DNA from: Pseudomonadota bacterium
GTDB taxonomy: Bacteria; Pseudomonadota; Gammaproteobacteria; Ga0077536
DNA length: 64,000 nucleotides
Assembly: GCA_036339995.1 (NCBI GenBank)
Contig: JAYYZW010000014.1
Coordinates: forward strand, 6,153 to 70,152
Direction of reading: 5' to 3'
A program made the position numbers and the translations under genes. The notes beneath the pieces were generated by a model. The model did not search any database. It was not told where the DNA came from and saw only the letters and a list, made by a program, of their open reading frames with translations. Positions 25,474 through 37,051 of this stretch are shown here, one piece after another (position 1 is the first letter of the stretch; each line of letters opens with the position of its first letter).

Positions 25474-27681
25474 TTACAAGGTGTCTTGAGGGTCAATATC
25501 CAGTGACCAGCGGACACGTGTTTGACGGGCGAGATCCTCCAGCCTTTCCATGTGATCGGAAATTAGCTGGCCACTATGCGAGCGCCTTGATGCACGGATC
25601 ACCACGAGGGCTCGATACTTTCCCGCTCTACGTTCCATCAGCGCCGGAATGGGGTAGCTCACCTCGACCCGGGGTATTGCACGCGCTACCAACAGACCGC
25701 GTGCAAGTCGCAGGAAATCCAACGCGCCCGCGGGTTTCGCCGATTCTGCCCTGATGATCGCCATCGCTGAATAAGGCGGCAGACCGGCTTGCTTACGCTC
25801 TCTCAAGGCGGCAACCGCATAGGCATAGTAGCCATCGTCAATGATTCGCCGCAGGACCGGATGGTGCGGGTGATGGGTCTGAATCAGGACGCGCCCCTGG
25901 GTCAGGGTACGGCCCGCGCGCCCGGCAACCTGCAACAGAAGCTGTGCGAGTCGCTCGTCGGCTCGAAAGTCGACCGAATACAGCCGACTGTCTGCATCGA
26001 CTACTCCGACCAAAGTAACGCCGGCAAAATCCAGCCCCTTCGCCACCATTTGAGTCCCGATCAGGATATCCACTGCCCCCCTCGCGACGGCGGTGATGAC
26101 TTCCTCGTAATACCCTTTCCGCCTGACCGAATCCCGGTCCAGGCGGCGCACCTTTTTATCTGGAAACAGTTCGGTAATCGCCTCCTCGACTCTTTCGGTC
26201 CCAAGACCGATCTGTGCAATTTCAGCTTCCTCGCAACAGCGAGCCGGGCGGTTCGCGTGCCATTGCCGGTCGCAATGATGACACCGCGTCACTCCGAGTG
26301 CCTTGTGGAATACGACATAGGCGTCACACCGATCGCATCGTTGAGGTTCTCCGCAATTGCGGCAGATCAAAAGAGGCGAGTAGCCGCGACGGTTGAGAAA
26401 CAACAGGGCTTGTTCGCCGCGAGCGAGGTGTGTGCGTATCGAATCTATCAATGCGTCGCTGAGCCCTGCGATGAGCTTCAATCCCCTGACGTCGACGCAG
26501 CTTATGAGCGGCATCGGGATATCCTGCGGCCGGGACGATATGACCGCTCTCGCATACTTACCTCGCTCCACATTGGCCAAGGATTCCAGTGATGGCGTCG
26601 CCGACCCCAAGACCACCGGAAACCCTCCCTGCTGAGCACGCACCGTCGCAATATCGCGCGCCGAATAGCGGAATCCTTCGTGCTGCTTGTAGGATTGATC
26701 GTGCTCTTCGTCGACTACCACGAGTGCCAGATCGGGCATAGGCACCCACACCGCCGATCGTGTACCGACGAGGACCCGGACCTCGCGGTGCATGCAAAGC
26801 GCCCATGTCGACGCGCGTTCGCGATCCGTCAAGCCCGAATGTATAACGCCGACGCGCTCGCCAAAGCGCGCTTGAAAGCGGCCGACGAGCTGTTTCGTCA
26901 ATCCGATTTCCGGGACCAGAACAAGTGACTGACCTCCTCTGTCCAGGCAAGATTCGACCGCCGCAAGGTATACCTCGGTCTTGCCGCTGCCCGTGACGCC
27001 CTGCAGAACGATGGCCTTAAATGCCGAGAAATTCTCGATGATCATTTGAGCAGCAACATTCTGCTCTTCGGTGAGGACGACCCCGGGCTCGACGGGAGCA
27101 TTCGGAACCGGCGGGGTGTCGTCATCGATCTGTTCGATCCACGCTTTGGCGAGCAAGCGCTTGACGACTGGCCGCCATGCGAACTCGAGGCTCGAAAGTG
27201 CCTGGGGCGCACAGGCGCCTGTACGGAGCAACCGCAGCACCTCTTTCTGCCGTGGGGCATTGCGGCCCAGGGCGGCTAGCCCCTGTTTTCCGCCGGTAGT
27301 TATCCGCCAGGCGTGATGATTGACGGGCGGTAGTGAGCGGCGGCGGCGACGTAAGCGGGTCGGCAACATCGCGGCGATCACCTCGCCCAGCGGGTGATGG
27401 TAGTAGCGCGCCGCCCAGCGCGCGAGTGCAAGATTTTCACCGCCGAGTAACGGGTGGTCGTCCAGTAATTCGACAATGGCCTTCAGCTTTTCTTGTTCGA
27501 CCTCGCTCGAAGATTTGCGATTGAGCACGACGCCAACGCGTGTAGAACGGCCAAAGGGCACTAGAACGCGTGTCCCGATCAGATTGTCGACCGATTGAAA
27601 TCTTTTCGGCAATCGGTAATCGAAAGTCTGCCGCAACGGGGCGAATACGGCGACATCGATGACGACCGGGTGACCGGACAT
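25474..27681 (-). CDS. priA: Primosomal replication protein N' (PriA helicase)
   Basis: 735 aa. Walker A GVTGSGKTEVY, DEEH box VVVDEEHD, Cys-rich zinc insertion (CRNCGEPQRCDRCDAYVVFHK...CHHC). Confidence 0.95.
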   Translation of the reverse strand: MSGHPVVIDVAVFAPLRQTFDYRLPKRFQSVDNLIGTRVLVPFGRSTRVGVVLNRKSSSEVEQEKLKAIVELLDDHPLLGGENLALARWAARYYHHPLGEVIAAMLPTRLRRRRRSLPPVNHHAWRITTGGKQGLAALGRNAPRQKEVLRLLRTGACAPQALSSLEFAWRPVVKRLLAKAWIEQIDDDTPPVPNAPVEPGVVLTEEQNVAAQMIIENFSAFKAIVLQGVTGSGKTEVYLAAVESCLDRGGQSLVLVPEIGLTKQLVGRFQARFGERVGVIHSGLTDRERASTWALCMHREVRVLVGTRSAVWVPMPDLALVVVDEEHDQSYKQHEGFRYSARDIATVRAQQGGFPVVLGSATPSLESLANVERGKYARAVISSRPQDIPMPLISCVDVRGLKLIAGLSDALIDSIRTHLARGEQALLFLNRRGYSPLLICRNCGEPQRCDRCDAYVVFHKALGVTRCHHCDRQWHANRPARCCEEAEIAQIGLGTERVEEAITELFPDKKVRRLDRDSVRRKGYYEEVITAVARGAVDILIGTQMVAKGLDFAGVTLVGVVDADSRLYSVDFRADERLAQLLLQVAGRAGRTLTQGRVLIQTHHPHHPVLRRIIDDGYYAYAVAALRERKQAGLPPYSAMAIIRAESAKPAGALDFLRLARGLLVARAIPRVEVSYPIPALMERRAGKYRALVVIRASRRSHSGQLISDHMERLEDLARQTRVRWSLDIDPQDTL

Positions 27682-27682
27682 G

Positions 27683-28399
27683 TCAGTTGGCCCCGGTCGG
27701 CAACCGGGGTGGGGTTGTCCATTCGCGCGACGCGCTCATGTCAACGCCGCCAGCATGGATAACGGAGAACCACAGGGAATTGAATACCTGGCCGGAACTG
27801 ATCAGACGGGCAACCGCCGGGATCGCGGCTCGCTGCATCGGTTTGCCGTCGATTGGACTCAATGGGTGTCGCATAGCACCTTCTGTCGGAAACACCGCCA
27901 GCTCGAATCGCTGTTCCACGATAATTAACTTGAACAGCGGCACGGATTGCATCGCGGTCGAACGGCGGAAGCGAAATCGGGCTTCAGTAAAATCGTAGGC
28001 GAGTCGTCGCTCGATAAGGTAGCGCGTCACGGCTTCGAGTTCGGGGGTGGACAAATGAAGATGGATCGCCGAATGATCGCAGGCCGTTCCATATAATACG
28101 GCCCCGGTCAGCCGCGGCTCGAAAATTTCGAGGAGCTCCATCGCCTTGAGGGCTGCTTCGCGCAGGAGCAGCATCCGAGTTCCATGAGTGTCGGCGTGAA
28201 AAAGCGTCAGATACTCGGCAAGCGCGTTGTGCACTTCGAGATTGTCCGGAAGATTCCGGCTGTTTTCCGCACCGAGTTCTCGCGCCGCTTTACGCTTTGC
28301 GCCTTCGAAGCCGCCGGCAGTCCCGTCCGCGATCATTCGCGCCGCCGTCGCCGCAATTTCGGCACGGACATTTTTCGATTGCCGTCGTTTCTGCGCCAT
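27683..28399 (-). CDS. Hypothetical protein translationally abutting priA
   Basis: 238-aa ORF. Its stop (27683..27685) is 1 nt from the priA ATG (27679..27681). I recognise no family with confidence. Confidence 0.5.
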   Translation of the reverse strand: MAQKRRQSKNVRAEIAATAARMIADGTAGGFEGAKRKAARELGAENSRNLPDNLEVHNALAEYLTLFHADTHGTRMLLLREAALKAMELLEIFEPRLTGAVLYGTACDHSAIHLHLSTPELEAVTRYLIERRLAYDFTEARFRFRRSTAMQSVPLFKLIIVEQRFELAVFPTEGAMRHPLSPIDGKPMQRAAIPAVARLISSGQVFNSLWFSVIHAGGVDMSASREWTTPPRLPTGAN

Positions 28400-28471
28400 C
28401 GTAATTCGCTGGTGTACGGCGACCTCGATTTCGATTATGTCCGAACCCTGTGTGCACCACCGGGATTGTTC

Positions 28472-28495
28472 GAACCCATCTCAAAATTATTCGGG
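28472..28495. repeat. 24-nt conserved motif, copy 2 (upstream of the hypothetical/priA unit)
   Basis: Identical to 24571..24594. Here it is embedded in the inverted repeat attattcg...cgaataat. Confidence 0.7.
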
Positions 28496-28523
28496 GCAAG
28501 ATTGGTTCGAATAATACGGCGCA

Positions 28524-30980
28524 CTAGAATAGTGGTTCGGGAATGATGTCCCGCTTATCCGACGAATTGCCTGGACCGAGGCTATCACCTCGCAGTGGCA
28601 GGTATCCCGGACGGAAAGATTCAAATATGGCGTTGGGATGATCCGCGCCCGCGAGCAGACCGGTGTCGGGATCTATGCGCACAGTAATCAATCCAACTGG
28701 CTGTATCATGCGCGTCTCGGGTATACGGTCGAGCGCGACCCGCATGTAGTCTATCCAGGCTGGCAGCGCCGCACGTGCGCCGGTTTCACGTTTACCGAGC
28801 GGCGCAACACGATCGAATCCAACCCAAACGGTGGTCACCACGCGTCCGTTGAAACCGGAAAACCACGCATCTTTCTGGTCGTTAGTTGTGCCGGTCTTAC
28901 CGGCGAGATCTGTGCGCCCCAACGCCCGTGCGCGCCTGCCGGTTCCGCGCTTAATGACATCCAGCATCATCGAATTCATGATCCACGCATTCTCAGCATC
29001 GAGGACACGGGACGCGGGATTGCTCGGCGGCAAGCGATCCATATCCAGCAGAGCGGCAATATCGATCGGTTCGCCGTCGTCGTCGAGCGCGACGTTCTCA
29101 CACACTTCACAGACCGTCGCAGGATCGGCCTCATAGATAACTTCGCCGGCACCGGTTTCGATGCTTTGAACGAAATACGGATCGATCTTGTAACCGCCGT
29201 TAGCCAGCACGGCATAACCGGTTATTATTTCCATCGGCGTGAGTTCGCCGCTGCCCAATGCCATCGAAAGGTCGGCCGGCATTCTGCTCGTATCGAACCC
29301 GAAACGCCTGATATGCTTGAGGGCATATTCCACGCCGATCGCGCGCAACAATCGAATCGATACGAGATTGCGTGACTTCGTCAAAGCTTCGCGCAGGCGC
29401 GTCGGTCCGAGGTACTTGCCGCTGTAATTTTCCGGCCGCCATGCGCTTTCGAGCCCGGGGGCATCGAAAACGACCGGCGCATCATTTATAACGCTTGCCG
29501 CGGTATAACCTTTCTGTAGGGCTGAGGAATAGATGAACGGTTTGAAATTAGATCCGGGCTGCCTTAGTGCCTGCGTAACGCGATTAAATTTGCTGCGATA
29601 ATAATCCAGGCCTCCCACTAGAGCCTGCACGCTGCCGTCCCTGGGATCCAATGACACCAGCGCGCCTTCAATCTTTGGAATTTGCTCGAGTCGCCAGAAG
29701 CCGGCCGTTACGGCATCGCCTTCCCCAGGATCTCCTTCCGCGGGTTCTGGCTGGTACCAGCGAATTCTTACGACATCGCCTTCGCTGACGATATCGGTCG
29801 TGGTTTTCGGCGCGCGGCCCAAGGTGTCCTGAGAAAGGTGCTTACGCGCCCACTTCATGCCGTCCCAGGGAATCGTGACCGCGCCGAATTCCTTCGTATA
29901 AGCAACGACTTTCAGCGCCTCAAGGGCGATGATCAGAGCCGGGTAGAAACCCCCGACTTGATGAAAATCGCGCAGCGCCATGGCCCAATCCTCGGCCGTC
30001 GCATCGGGTGCCGCTGGATTTGACGCTTCCGGTCCCCGGTAGCCATGCCTGTGGTCGTAATCCGACAAGCCGTTGCGTATGGCCTCGGTCGCCGCATCCT
30101 GCAGGTGGCTCCGCACGGTCGTTATAACCTTGTAGCCCGAGGTGTAAGCCGTCTTAGCGTAACGATCGAACATGTAATCGCGAACGAGTTCGGCAAGGTG
30201 CGGCGCCCGCGTTTCAACCGCCTGACCGTGACGTCGTGCCGTTATCGGCGCGGCGACCGTGGCATCGAATTGCTGCTGTTCGATCAGGCCCAGCTTCAAC
30301 ATGCGCGTGAGCACGTACTCACGCCGTTCACGCGCCGTTTCCGGATTACTGATCGGATTCGTTCGTGAAGGTGCTTTTGGAAGTCCGGCGATCATCGCCG
30401 TCTGGGCCAGGCTCAGTTGATCGAGCGTCGCTCCGTAATAGACCTGCGCGGCAGCTCCTACCCCGTAAGCACGATGGCCCAGGAAAATTTTATTCAAATA
30501 CAATTCCAGGATATCGTCTTTGGATAACTCGCGTTCGATGATGATGGCCAGGACGATTTCCTTCAGCTTACGTTCGTAGGTTTTCTCAGGAGACAGGAAA
30601 AAGTTTCTCGCGACCTGCATGGTGATCGTAGAACCGCCGCGCTTTTTCTCGCGCGTCTGCAACAGCTCGAACGCGGCCCGGGTGATCGCCATCCAGTCGA
30701 CTCCGGGATGGTCGTAGAAACGGTCGTCTTCGGCAGCGATGAATGCCTGCTTCAGCTGCACAGGTACATTTTCGATCGCTACCGGGTCGCGGTGTTTCTC
30801 GCCGAATTCCGCAATAAGTTTGCCGTCTGAGGTGTAGACTTTGAGAGGCGTCTGCAGATGGACGTCCTTGAGGGATTCAACCGGTGGGAGTTGCGGGACG
30901 ACGTACCACAGCACGCCAGCCGTGCCGGCGACGCCGAGGGCGAAAAGCAGGAGCAGAGAATAGAAGGAAAAGCGCAACAT
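28524..30980 (-). CDS. mrcA: Penicillin-binding protein 1A (bifunctional transglycosylase/transpeptidase)
   Basis: 818 aa. GT51 motifs EDDRFYDHPGVD and RKLKE. Transpeptidase motifs SNFKP (SxxK), SRN, KTGTT. Confidence 0.95.
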   Translation of the reverse strand: MLRFSFYSLLLLFALGVAGTAGVLWYVVPQLPPVESLKDVHLQTPLKVYTSDGKLIAEFGEKHRDPVAIENVPVQLKQAFIAAEDDRFYDHPGVDWMAITRAAFELLQTREKKRGGSTITMQVARNFFLSPEKTYERKLKEIVLAIIIERELSKDDILELYLNKIFLGHRAYGVGAAAQVYYGATLDQLSLAQTAMIAGLPKAPSRTNPISNPETARERREYVLTRMLKLGLIEQQQFDATVAAPITARRHGQAVETRAPHLAELVRDYMFDRYAKTAYTSGYKVITTVRSHLQDAATEAIRNGLSDYDHRHGYRGPEASNPAAPDATAEDWAMALRDFHQVGGFYPALIIALEALKVVAYTKEFGAVTIPWDGMKWARKHLSQDTLGRAPKTTTDIVSEGDVVRIRWYQPEPAEGDPGEGDAVTAGFWRLEQIPKIEGALVSLDPRDGSVQALVGGLDYYRSKFNRVTQALRQPGSNFKPFIYSSALQKGYTAASVINDAPVVFDAPGLESAWRPENYSGKYLGPTRLREALTKSRNLVSIRLLRAIGVEYALKHIRRFGFDTSRMPADLSMALGSGELTPMEIITGYAVLANGGYKIDPYFVQSIETGAGEVIYEADPATVCEVCENVALDDDGEPIDIAALLDMDRLPPSNPASRVLDAENAWIMNSMMLDVIKRGTGRRARALGRTDLAGKTGTTNDQKDAWFSGFNGRVVTTVWVGFDRVAPLGKRETGARAALPAWIDYMRVALDRIPETRMIQPVGLITVRIDPDTGLLAGADHPNAIFESFRPGYLPLRGDSLGPGNSSDKRDIIPEPLF

Positions 30981-31050
30981 CTTGTGCTTTAGTTAGAGAA
31001 AGCGCAACATCTTGGCTTTAGTGAAAGTGAGACGCCAACATATGATATTT
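30968..31050. repeat. ~30-bp tandem repeat (2 good copies plus 1 degenerate) spanning the mrcA start codon
   Basis: aaagcgcaacatcttgtgctttagt (30968..30992) and aaagcgcaacatcttggctttagt (30998..31021), then the degenerate aaagtgagacgccaacatatg. Confidence 0.75.
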
Positions 31051-31161
31051 TATTACTTTAGATATCCGCTGTAACATATTTTTTTTATAGATTTTCAGAG
31101 AACATTCGATTGTTTTTTGATCGGCGATTGTTTCTATTTAGCCGTAAATTATTACGGTTAA

Positions 31162-32267
<1,106 letters not shown>

Positions 32268-32268
<1 letters not shown>

Positions 32269-32840
32269 TGCCACGCATTAATCTACTTCCATGGCGCGAA
32301 GAATTGCGGGTGCAGAAACGCACCGAATATTTGGTGACTCTCGGAATCTGCGCCATCTTCGCAACCACCGTTTGGTTCAGTATGCATATTTACGTCAACA
32401 AAAAGATAAAGCAGCAGGAACAGCGTAATGCCTATCTCAACGAACAAATCGTATTCATCGATATGAAAATTGAGTCAATCAAGCGGCTCGAGAAAGAAAA
32501 GGAAAGTCTGATCGCGCGAATGAAAGCGATTGAAACACTGCAAACCAGCCGCCCGATCATCGTTCATCTATTCGACGAACTCGTAAGCACCTTGCCAACA
32601 GGCGTGTATATCAAGGGGGTGTCGCAGAAAGGCGATGTCGTCACGATCAAGGGGGTCGCGCAGTCCAACGCGCGGGTCTCTAATTACATGCGTAATGTCG
32701 AGGCCTCGGAGTGGGTCAAGGATCCGAAGCTGACCATTATTCAATCGAAGACCGAAGACGGGCGCCGCATCGCAGATTTTACGCTAATACTTAAACAAAC
32801 CGCGCTCAAGACCGGAGGCGAAGAAGAGGATGAAATCTGA
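32268..32840 (+). CDS. pilN: Type IV pilus assembly protein PilN
   Basis: 190 aa. INLLPWREE N-terminal motif, single TM segment. 1-nt overlap with pilM. Confidence 0.9.
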
Positions 32841-33466
32841 TGGCAATGTCAATGTCAGATCTGAATAACCTCAGCCTGGACAACTTAGGCAGTTGGCCAA
32901 TGCCGGTAAAGATCGCCGGAGGCATTCTGATAATTGCCGCCATCGTGATCGGCGGCTGGTACTACGACATTACCGAACTTAATGTCAAATTCGACAACGT
33001 CGAAAAGGAAGAAAGCGAACTTAAGCTGGCTTTCGAAGCCAAGCAGAAGAAGGCTGCCAATCTCCCCGCTTTGAAGCAACAGCTCGAGGACATCAAGGAA
33101 ACGTTTGGTGACCTGCTCAAACGATTGCCTAACAAGACCGAAGTCGCCGAGTTGCTTGTCGACATCTCACAACAAGGCCTTGGCGCGGGGCTCGAGTTTG
33201 ACCTGTTCAAGCCGGGCAGCGAGAAGCCTGCAGATTTCTATGTCGAACTCCCGATCCAGATCCGCGTAGTCGGCGACTATCACGAATTCGGTAATTTTAT
33301 CAGCGGGGTATCCGATCTGCCGCGAATCGTGACGAGTCACGACATTAAGATTACACCGACCCCCGCAGCCGGCGGTAAGCCCGGTACCGGGCTCGTCCTC
33401 GAAACAACGGCAAAAACGTATCGGTATATCGACGAAACAGAAGAAGCAGAAGGCGAGGGATCCTGA
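32840..33466 (+). CDS. pilO: Type IV pilus assembly protein PilO
   Basis: 208 aa, TM segment plus coiled coil. Position matches the pilMNOPQ order. Confidence 0.85.
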   Translation: MAMSMSDLNNLSLDNLGSWPMPVKIAGGILIIAAIVIGGWYYDITELNVKFDNVEKEESELKLAFEAKQKKAANLPALKQQLEDIKETFGDLLKRLPNKTEVAELLVDISQQGLGAGLEFDLFKPGSEKPADFYVELPIQIRVVGDYHEFGNFISGVSDLPRIVTSHDIKITPTPAAGGKPGTGLVLETTAKTYRYIDETEEAEGEGS

Positions 33467-33468
33467 GC

Positions 33469-34038
33469 ATGAATGCCGGGCTCAAATCTAAGCTTCTTCG
33501 GGCATGGGTAGTAGCCGCGCTGGCGATAATTGCAAGCGGCTGCGTCTCCAAGGATATTTCGGACCTGGAACGGTATGTAGAAGAAATTCTTTCGCGCGCT
33601 GGCGGCACAATCGAACCGCTGCCACCGATTAAACCGTACGAAAGGTACTTGTACCAGGCCGAAAAACTGGGTATGCGCGATCCGTTCCGTTCCTTTTTCG
33701 ATATGCGGCCGCAAAAAGAGGATCTCGTTAAAGTTTTAGATCCCGCGCAACAAAAACTCATAGACGAAACCATCATTCATAAACCAGAAGAACTCGAAAG
33801 TTTCGAACTGGATGCGCTCCGCATGGTGGGCTTGCTGGAAAATCCGGAAGCCTTGTGGGCGATTATTCGTGACCAGGAAGGAATCGTGCACCGCGTTCAG
33901 ATCGGCGATTACCTCGGCCGAAACTTCGGCAAGATCATTAACATTCAGGAAAGTCGAATTGACGTTCGAGAAATCATTAAGGATGCGACAGGACGCTACG
34001 AAGAACGTAAAGCGTCTTTGGCCTTATCCGACGAATAA
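33469..34038 (+). CDS. pilP: Type IV pilus assembly lipoprotein PilP
   Basis: 189 aa. Lipobox-like LAIIASGC. Conserved RDPF motif. Confidence 0.85.
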   Translation: MNAGLKSKLLRAWVVAALAIIASGCVSKDISDLERYVEEILSRAGGTIEPLPPIKPYERYLYQAEKLGMRDPFRSFFDMRPQKEDLVKVLDPAQQKLIDETIIHKPEELESFELDALRMVGLLENPEALWAIIRDQEGIVHRVQIGDYLGRNFGKIINIQESRIDVREIIKDATGRYEERKASLALSDE

Positions 34039-34057
34039 CCCGAAAAGGTTTAAGAAG

Positions 34058-36220
34058 ATGAGCATTGTAGAGAGCTTCGACATCCTTGACTCCAGGCGAA
34101 ACCGAATCCGCCGGCAGTGGAAATCTCCGCTTGCGGTATGTCTGGCGGCCGGACTGATGATCCTTAGTTCCTACTGCGGTGTCGTGGTCGCGGCAACCTT
34201 GGATAACATCAGCTTTAGCTCGCTGCCCGGTGACCGGGTGCAGATTAAGATCAGGCTATCGGATCCGGTTGATGGGGATCCGCTGAGCTTCACGATTGAC
34301 AACCCGGCACGGATTGCAATCGATCTTCCGGGTACAACGCTCAATCTCGCTGACCGCACGCAGACGATCGGCGTTGGAAATGCAGAAACCGTAACCGCGA
34401 TCCAGGCCGGCGATAGAACCCGAGTCGTCGTCAATCTCGCACAACTCGTTCCCCACGAAATTGAAACGAGCGGCAACACGATCGCTATCACGCTCGAGGG
34501 TACAACAGCCAACCTGGACGCCGATGGCGGCGGCGGAGCGGCGACGATGCCGGGATCTGCCGCGGGCGCGAAGATTACCGACATCGATTTTCGTCGGGGT
34601 CCCGCCGGGGAAGCTCAGATCGTAGTCGACCTGTCAGTTCCGAATATCGCCATCAATATCACCGAGCAGGGTGAGAATGTGATTGTCGATTTCGCCGATA
34701 CCATGCTGCCGGACGCGCTCGACCGCAAATTGGATGTCATGGATTTCGCCACCCCGGCGCGCGAAATCGACACTTTTCGCCAAGGCAACGGCACCCGGAT
34801 GATCATTCGCCCGACGGGTTCGTTCGAACATCTTGCTTATCAGTCGGGTAACGTCTTTACCCTGGAACTCAGACCCTTGACGTCGGCCGAAGAAGAGGCG
34901 ATTAAGAAAGCCAAATTCGATTATACCGGTGAACGCCTGTCCCTGAACTTTCAGAACATTGAAGTCCGCGCCGTACTTCAGCTGATCGCCGACTTCACTG
35001 AAAAGAACCTCGTCGCCAGCGATACCGTAGGTGGCAACGTCACCCTACGCCTGAAGAACGTTCCATGGGACCAGGCACTGGATATCATTCTCAAGTCCAG
35101 AGGACTGGGTAAGCGGGATATCGGTAACGTGATGATGGTCGCCCCCCAAGAAGAAATTGCAGCGCGCGAGAAGCTCGAACTCGAATCCATGCAGCAGCTT
35201 CAGGATCTCGCGCCGCTGCGAACGGAGTTCATGCAGGTGAACTATGCTAAGGCGACCACCATTTCCGACCTCATCAAGGACGAAGCTACCAACCTCTTAT
35301 CGGACCGTGGCAATGTGACGGTCGACGAGCGAACGAACACGCTTCTCGTCCAGGACACCAGCGACAAACTGTCGGAAATTCGAAAGATCGTCGAGACGCT
35401 TGACGTACCCGTCCGGCAGGTATTGATCGAATCACGCATCGTCATCGCCAATGAAGATTTTGCGAAAGACCTGGGCGTAAGGTTCGGGTACGCCCACCGA
35501 GGCAACGCCAAGAACCTGACGATTAATCCGCTGAATAGCAAGTCGGGATTCGTCTCTATTCTTGGCGGCGGCATCCCGGGAGACATTTTGGGCCTTGCCC
35601 CGACTGGGTTCAACACAAACAACCTCGAAAACTATATCGTCGACCTGGCGGTAGCGGGAGCCGTGGGCAACTTCAAGTATACCGTGGGTAAGATCGGCAG
35701 CTATTTGCTGCAATTGGAACTGACGGCGCTGCAGGCGGAAGGCCGCGGCGAAGTGATTTCGGCGCCTCGCGTGATCACGGCGAATCAGAGCGAAGCGGTC
35801 ATTGAGTCAGGTACGGAAATCCCGTTTCTGGAAGCGTCCTCGAGTGGCGCGACCTCGATTTCATTCAAGAAAGCAGTATTGAGTCTTCGCGTCACGCCCC
35901 AGATTACGCCGGATGACCGGATCATCATGGATCTGTCGATTAACCAGGACTCGGTCGGACAGGTGTTCTCGGGAATCCCGAGCATTGACACCAATGAACT
36001 CCGCACTCAGGTGCTGGTGGAAAACGGTGAAACCGTAGTGCTCGGAGGTATTTACGAATCGACTAACCGCCACGACAAGACCAGCATCCCGTTCTTCGCC
36101 GACCTGCCATACCTTGGCAAACTGTTCCAGCGCACCGAGGTCGAAGCCACCAAGCAGGAGTTGCTCGTGTTCATTACTCCGAAGATCATCAAGGAAACCC
36201 TTTCTCTCTCGCCGCGATAA
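34058..36220 (+). CDS. pilQ: Type IV pilus secretin PilQ
   Basis: Start taken at ATG 34058 (MSIVESF...), because the listed ORF from 33812 overlaps pilP. AMIN-like N-terminal repeats. Secretin C-domain (VLVENGETVVLGGIY...IPFFADLPYLGKLF). Confidence 0.95.
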   Translation: MSIVESFDILDSRRNRIRRQWKSPLAVCLAAGLMILSSYCGVVVAATLDNISFSSLPGDRVQIKIRLSDPVDGDPLSFTIDNPARIAIDLPGTTLNLADRTQTIGVGNAETVTAIQAGDRTRVVVNLAQLVPHEIETSGNTIAITLEGTTANLDADGGGGAATMPGSAAGAKITDIDFRRGPAGEAQIVVDLSVPNIAINITEQGENVIVDFADTMLPDALDRKLDVMDFATPAREIDTFRQGNGTRMIIRPTGSFEHLAYQSGNVFTLELRPLTSAEEEAIKKAKFDYTGERLSLNFQNIEVRAVLQLIADFTEKNLVASDTVGGNVTLRLKNVPWDQALDIILKSRGLGKRDIGNVMMVAPQEEIAAREKLELESMQQLQDLAPLRTEFMQVNYAKATTISDLIKDEATNLLSDRGNVTVDERTNTLLVQDTSDKLSEIRKIVETLDVPVRQVLIESRIVIANEDFAKDLGVRFGYAHRGNAKNLTINPLNSKSGFVSILGGGIPGDILGLAPTGFNTNNLENYIVDLAVAGAVGNFKYTVGKIGSYLLQLELTALQAEGRGEVISAPRVITANQSEAVIESGTEIPFLEASSSGATSISFKKAVLSLRVTPQITPDDRIIMDLSINQDSVGQVFSGIPSIDTNELRTQVLVENGETVVLGGIYESTNRHDKTSIPFFADLPYLGKLFQRTEVEATKQELLVFITPKIIKETLSLSPR

Positions 36221-36245
36221 CGGAATACCGGGAGTGCCATCACAG

Positions 36246-36271
36246 GCGGGAGCCAGGCTCCCGCTTTTTTT
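36246..36271 (+). terminator. Rho-independent terminator after pilQ
   Basis: gcgggagc-cag-gctcccgc (8-bp GC stem) followed by 7 T (36265..36271). Confidence 0.8.
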
Positions 36272-36532
36272 GCCTGCTTGGATCTTCCCTGCTTAGTTTC
36301 TAGGCTCCTCGGCGGAGTATATGGCTATCCCCGGATGATGAATGATCCCGCCAAGCCAGCCAAGGAATCATTGGCCTTCTTCGACACCCGCACGCGCCTT
36401 TCCCTTGGCGTGCTTTGCGTCTCCGCGAGAGTATCATCAAGGGCCACTTGGTAGCGCGCTGCAGAGAATTCGTGATCGTCATGCCGTTGAGTCGAAAACC
36501 GTGCCAGGGTCCGAATCGGGTCCAGTCGTTCC

Positions 36533-37051
36533 ATGACAGCTAGAGACGAATCACGCATATTTCTCGTGGGTCCGATGGGCGCCGGTAAAACGACGATCGG
36601 GAACCAGTTGGCGCGCAGCCTGAATTTGGATTTCATTGATCTCGACCAGGAACTCGAACGCCGCACTGGCGCAAGCGTGTCTTTGATTTTCGATATCGAG
36701 GGCGAATCGGGATTCAGGGAGCGGGAAAGAAAGCTGATCGACGAATTAACGCTGCGCGATAGGACCGTACTGGCGACCGGCGGAGGTGTCGTGCTCGCCG
36801 CGGATAATCGACAGTGTTTGAGTCGGCGCGGCTTCGTCGTTTACCTCAAAGCGCCTCTCGAAACCCTCGTCGAGCGAACTCGCTATGATACGTCCCGGCC
36901 ACTGCTGCATGGCGGCGATCCGGCAGCAACGCTCGGCGAAATACTGCAGGTACGCGACCCCCTATATGCGGAAGTAGCTGACCTCGTCCTAGATTCGGGT
37001 AAATTGTCCGTGAAGCAAATTCTCAAGATGATTACGGAAGAACTGCAATGA
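36533..37051 (+). CDS. aroK: Shikimate kinase
   Basis: 172 aa. IFLVGPMGAGKTTIG Walker A. LATGGG. Confidence 0.95.
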   Translation: MTARDESRIFLVGPMGAGKTTIGNQLARSLNLDFIDLDQELERRTGASVSLIFDIEGESGFRERERKLIDELTLRDRTVLATGGGVVLAADNRQCLSRRGFVVYLKAPLETLVERTRYDTSRPLLHGGDPAATLGEILQVRDPLYAEVADLVLDSGKLSVKQILKMITEELQ

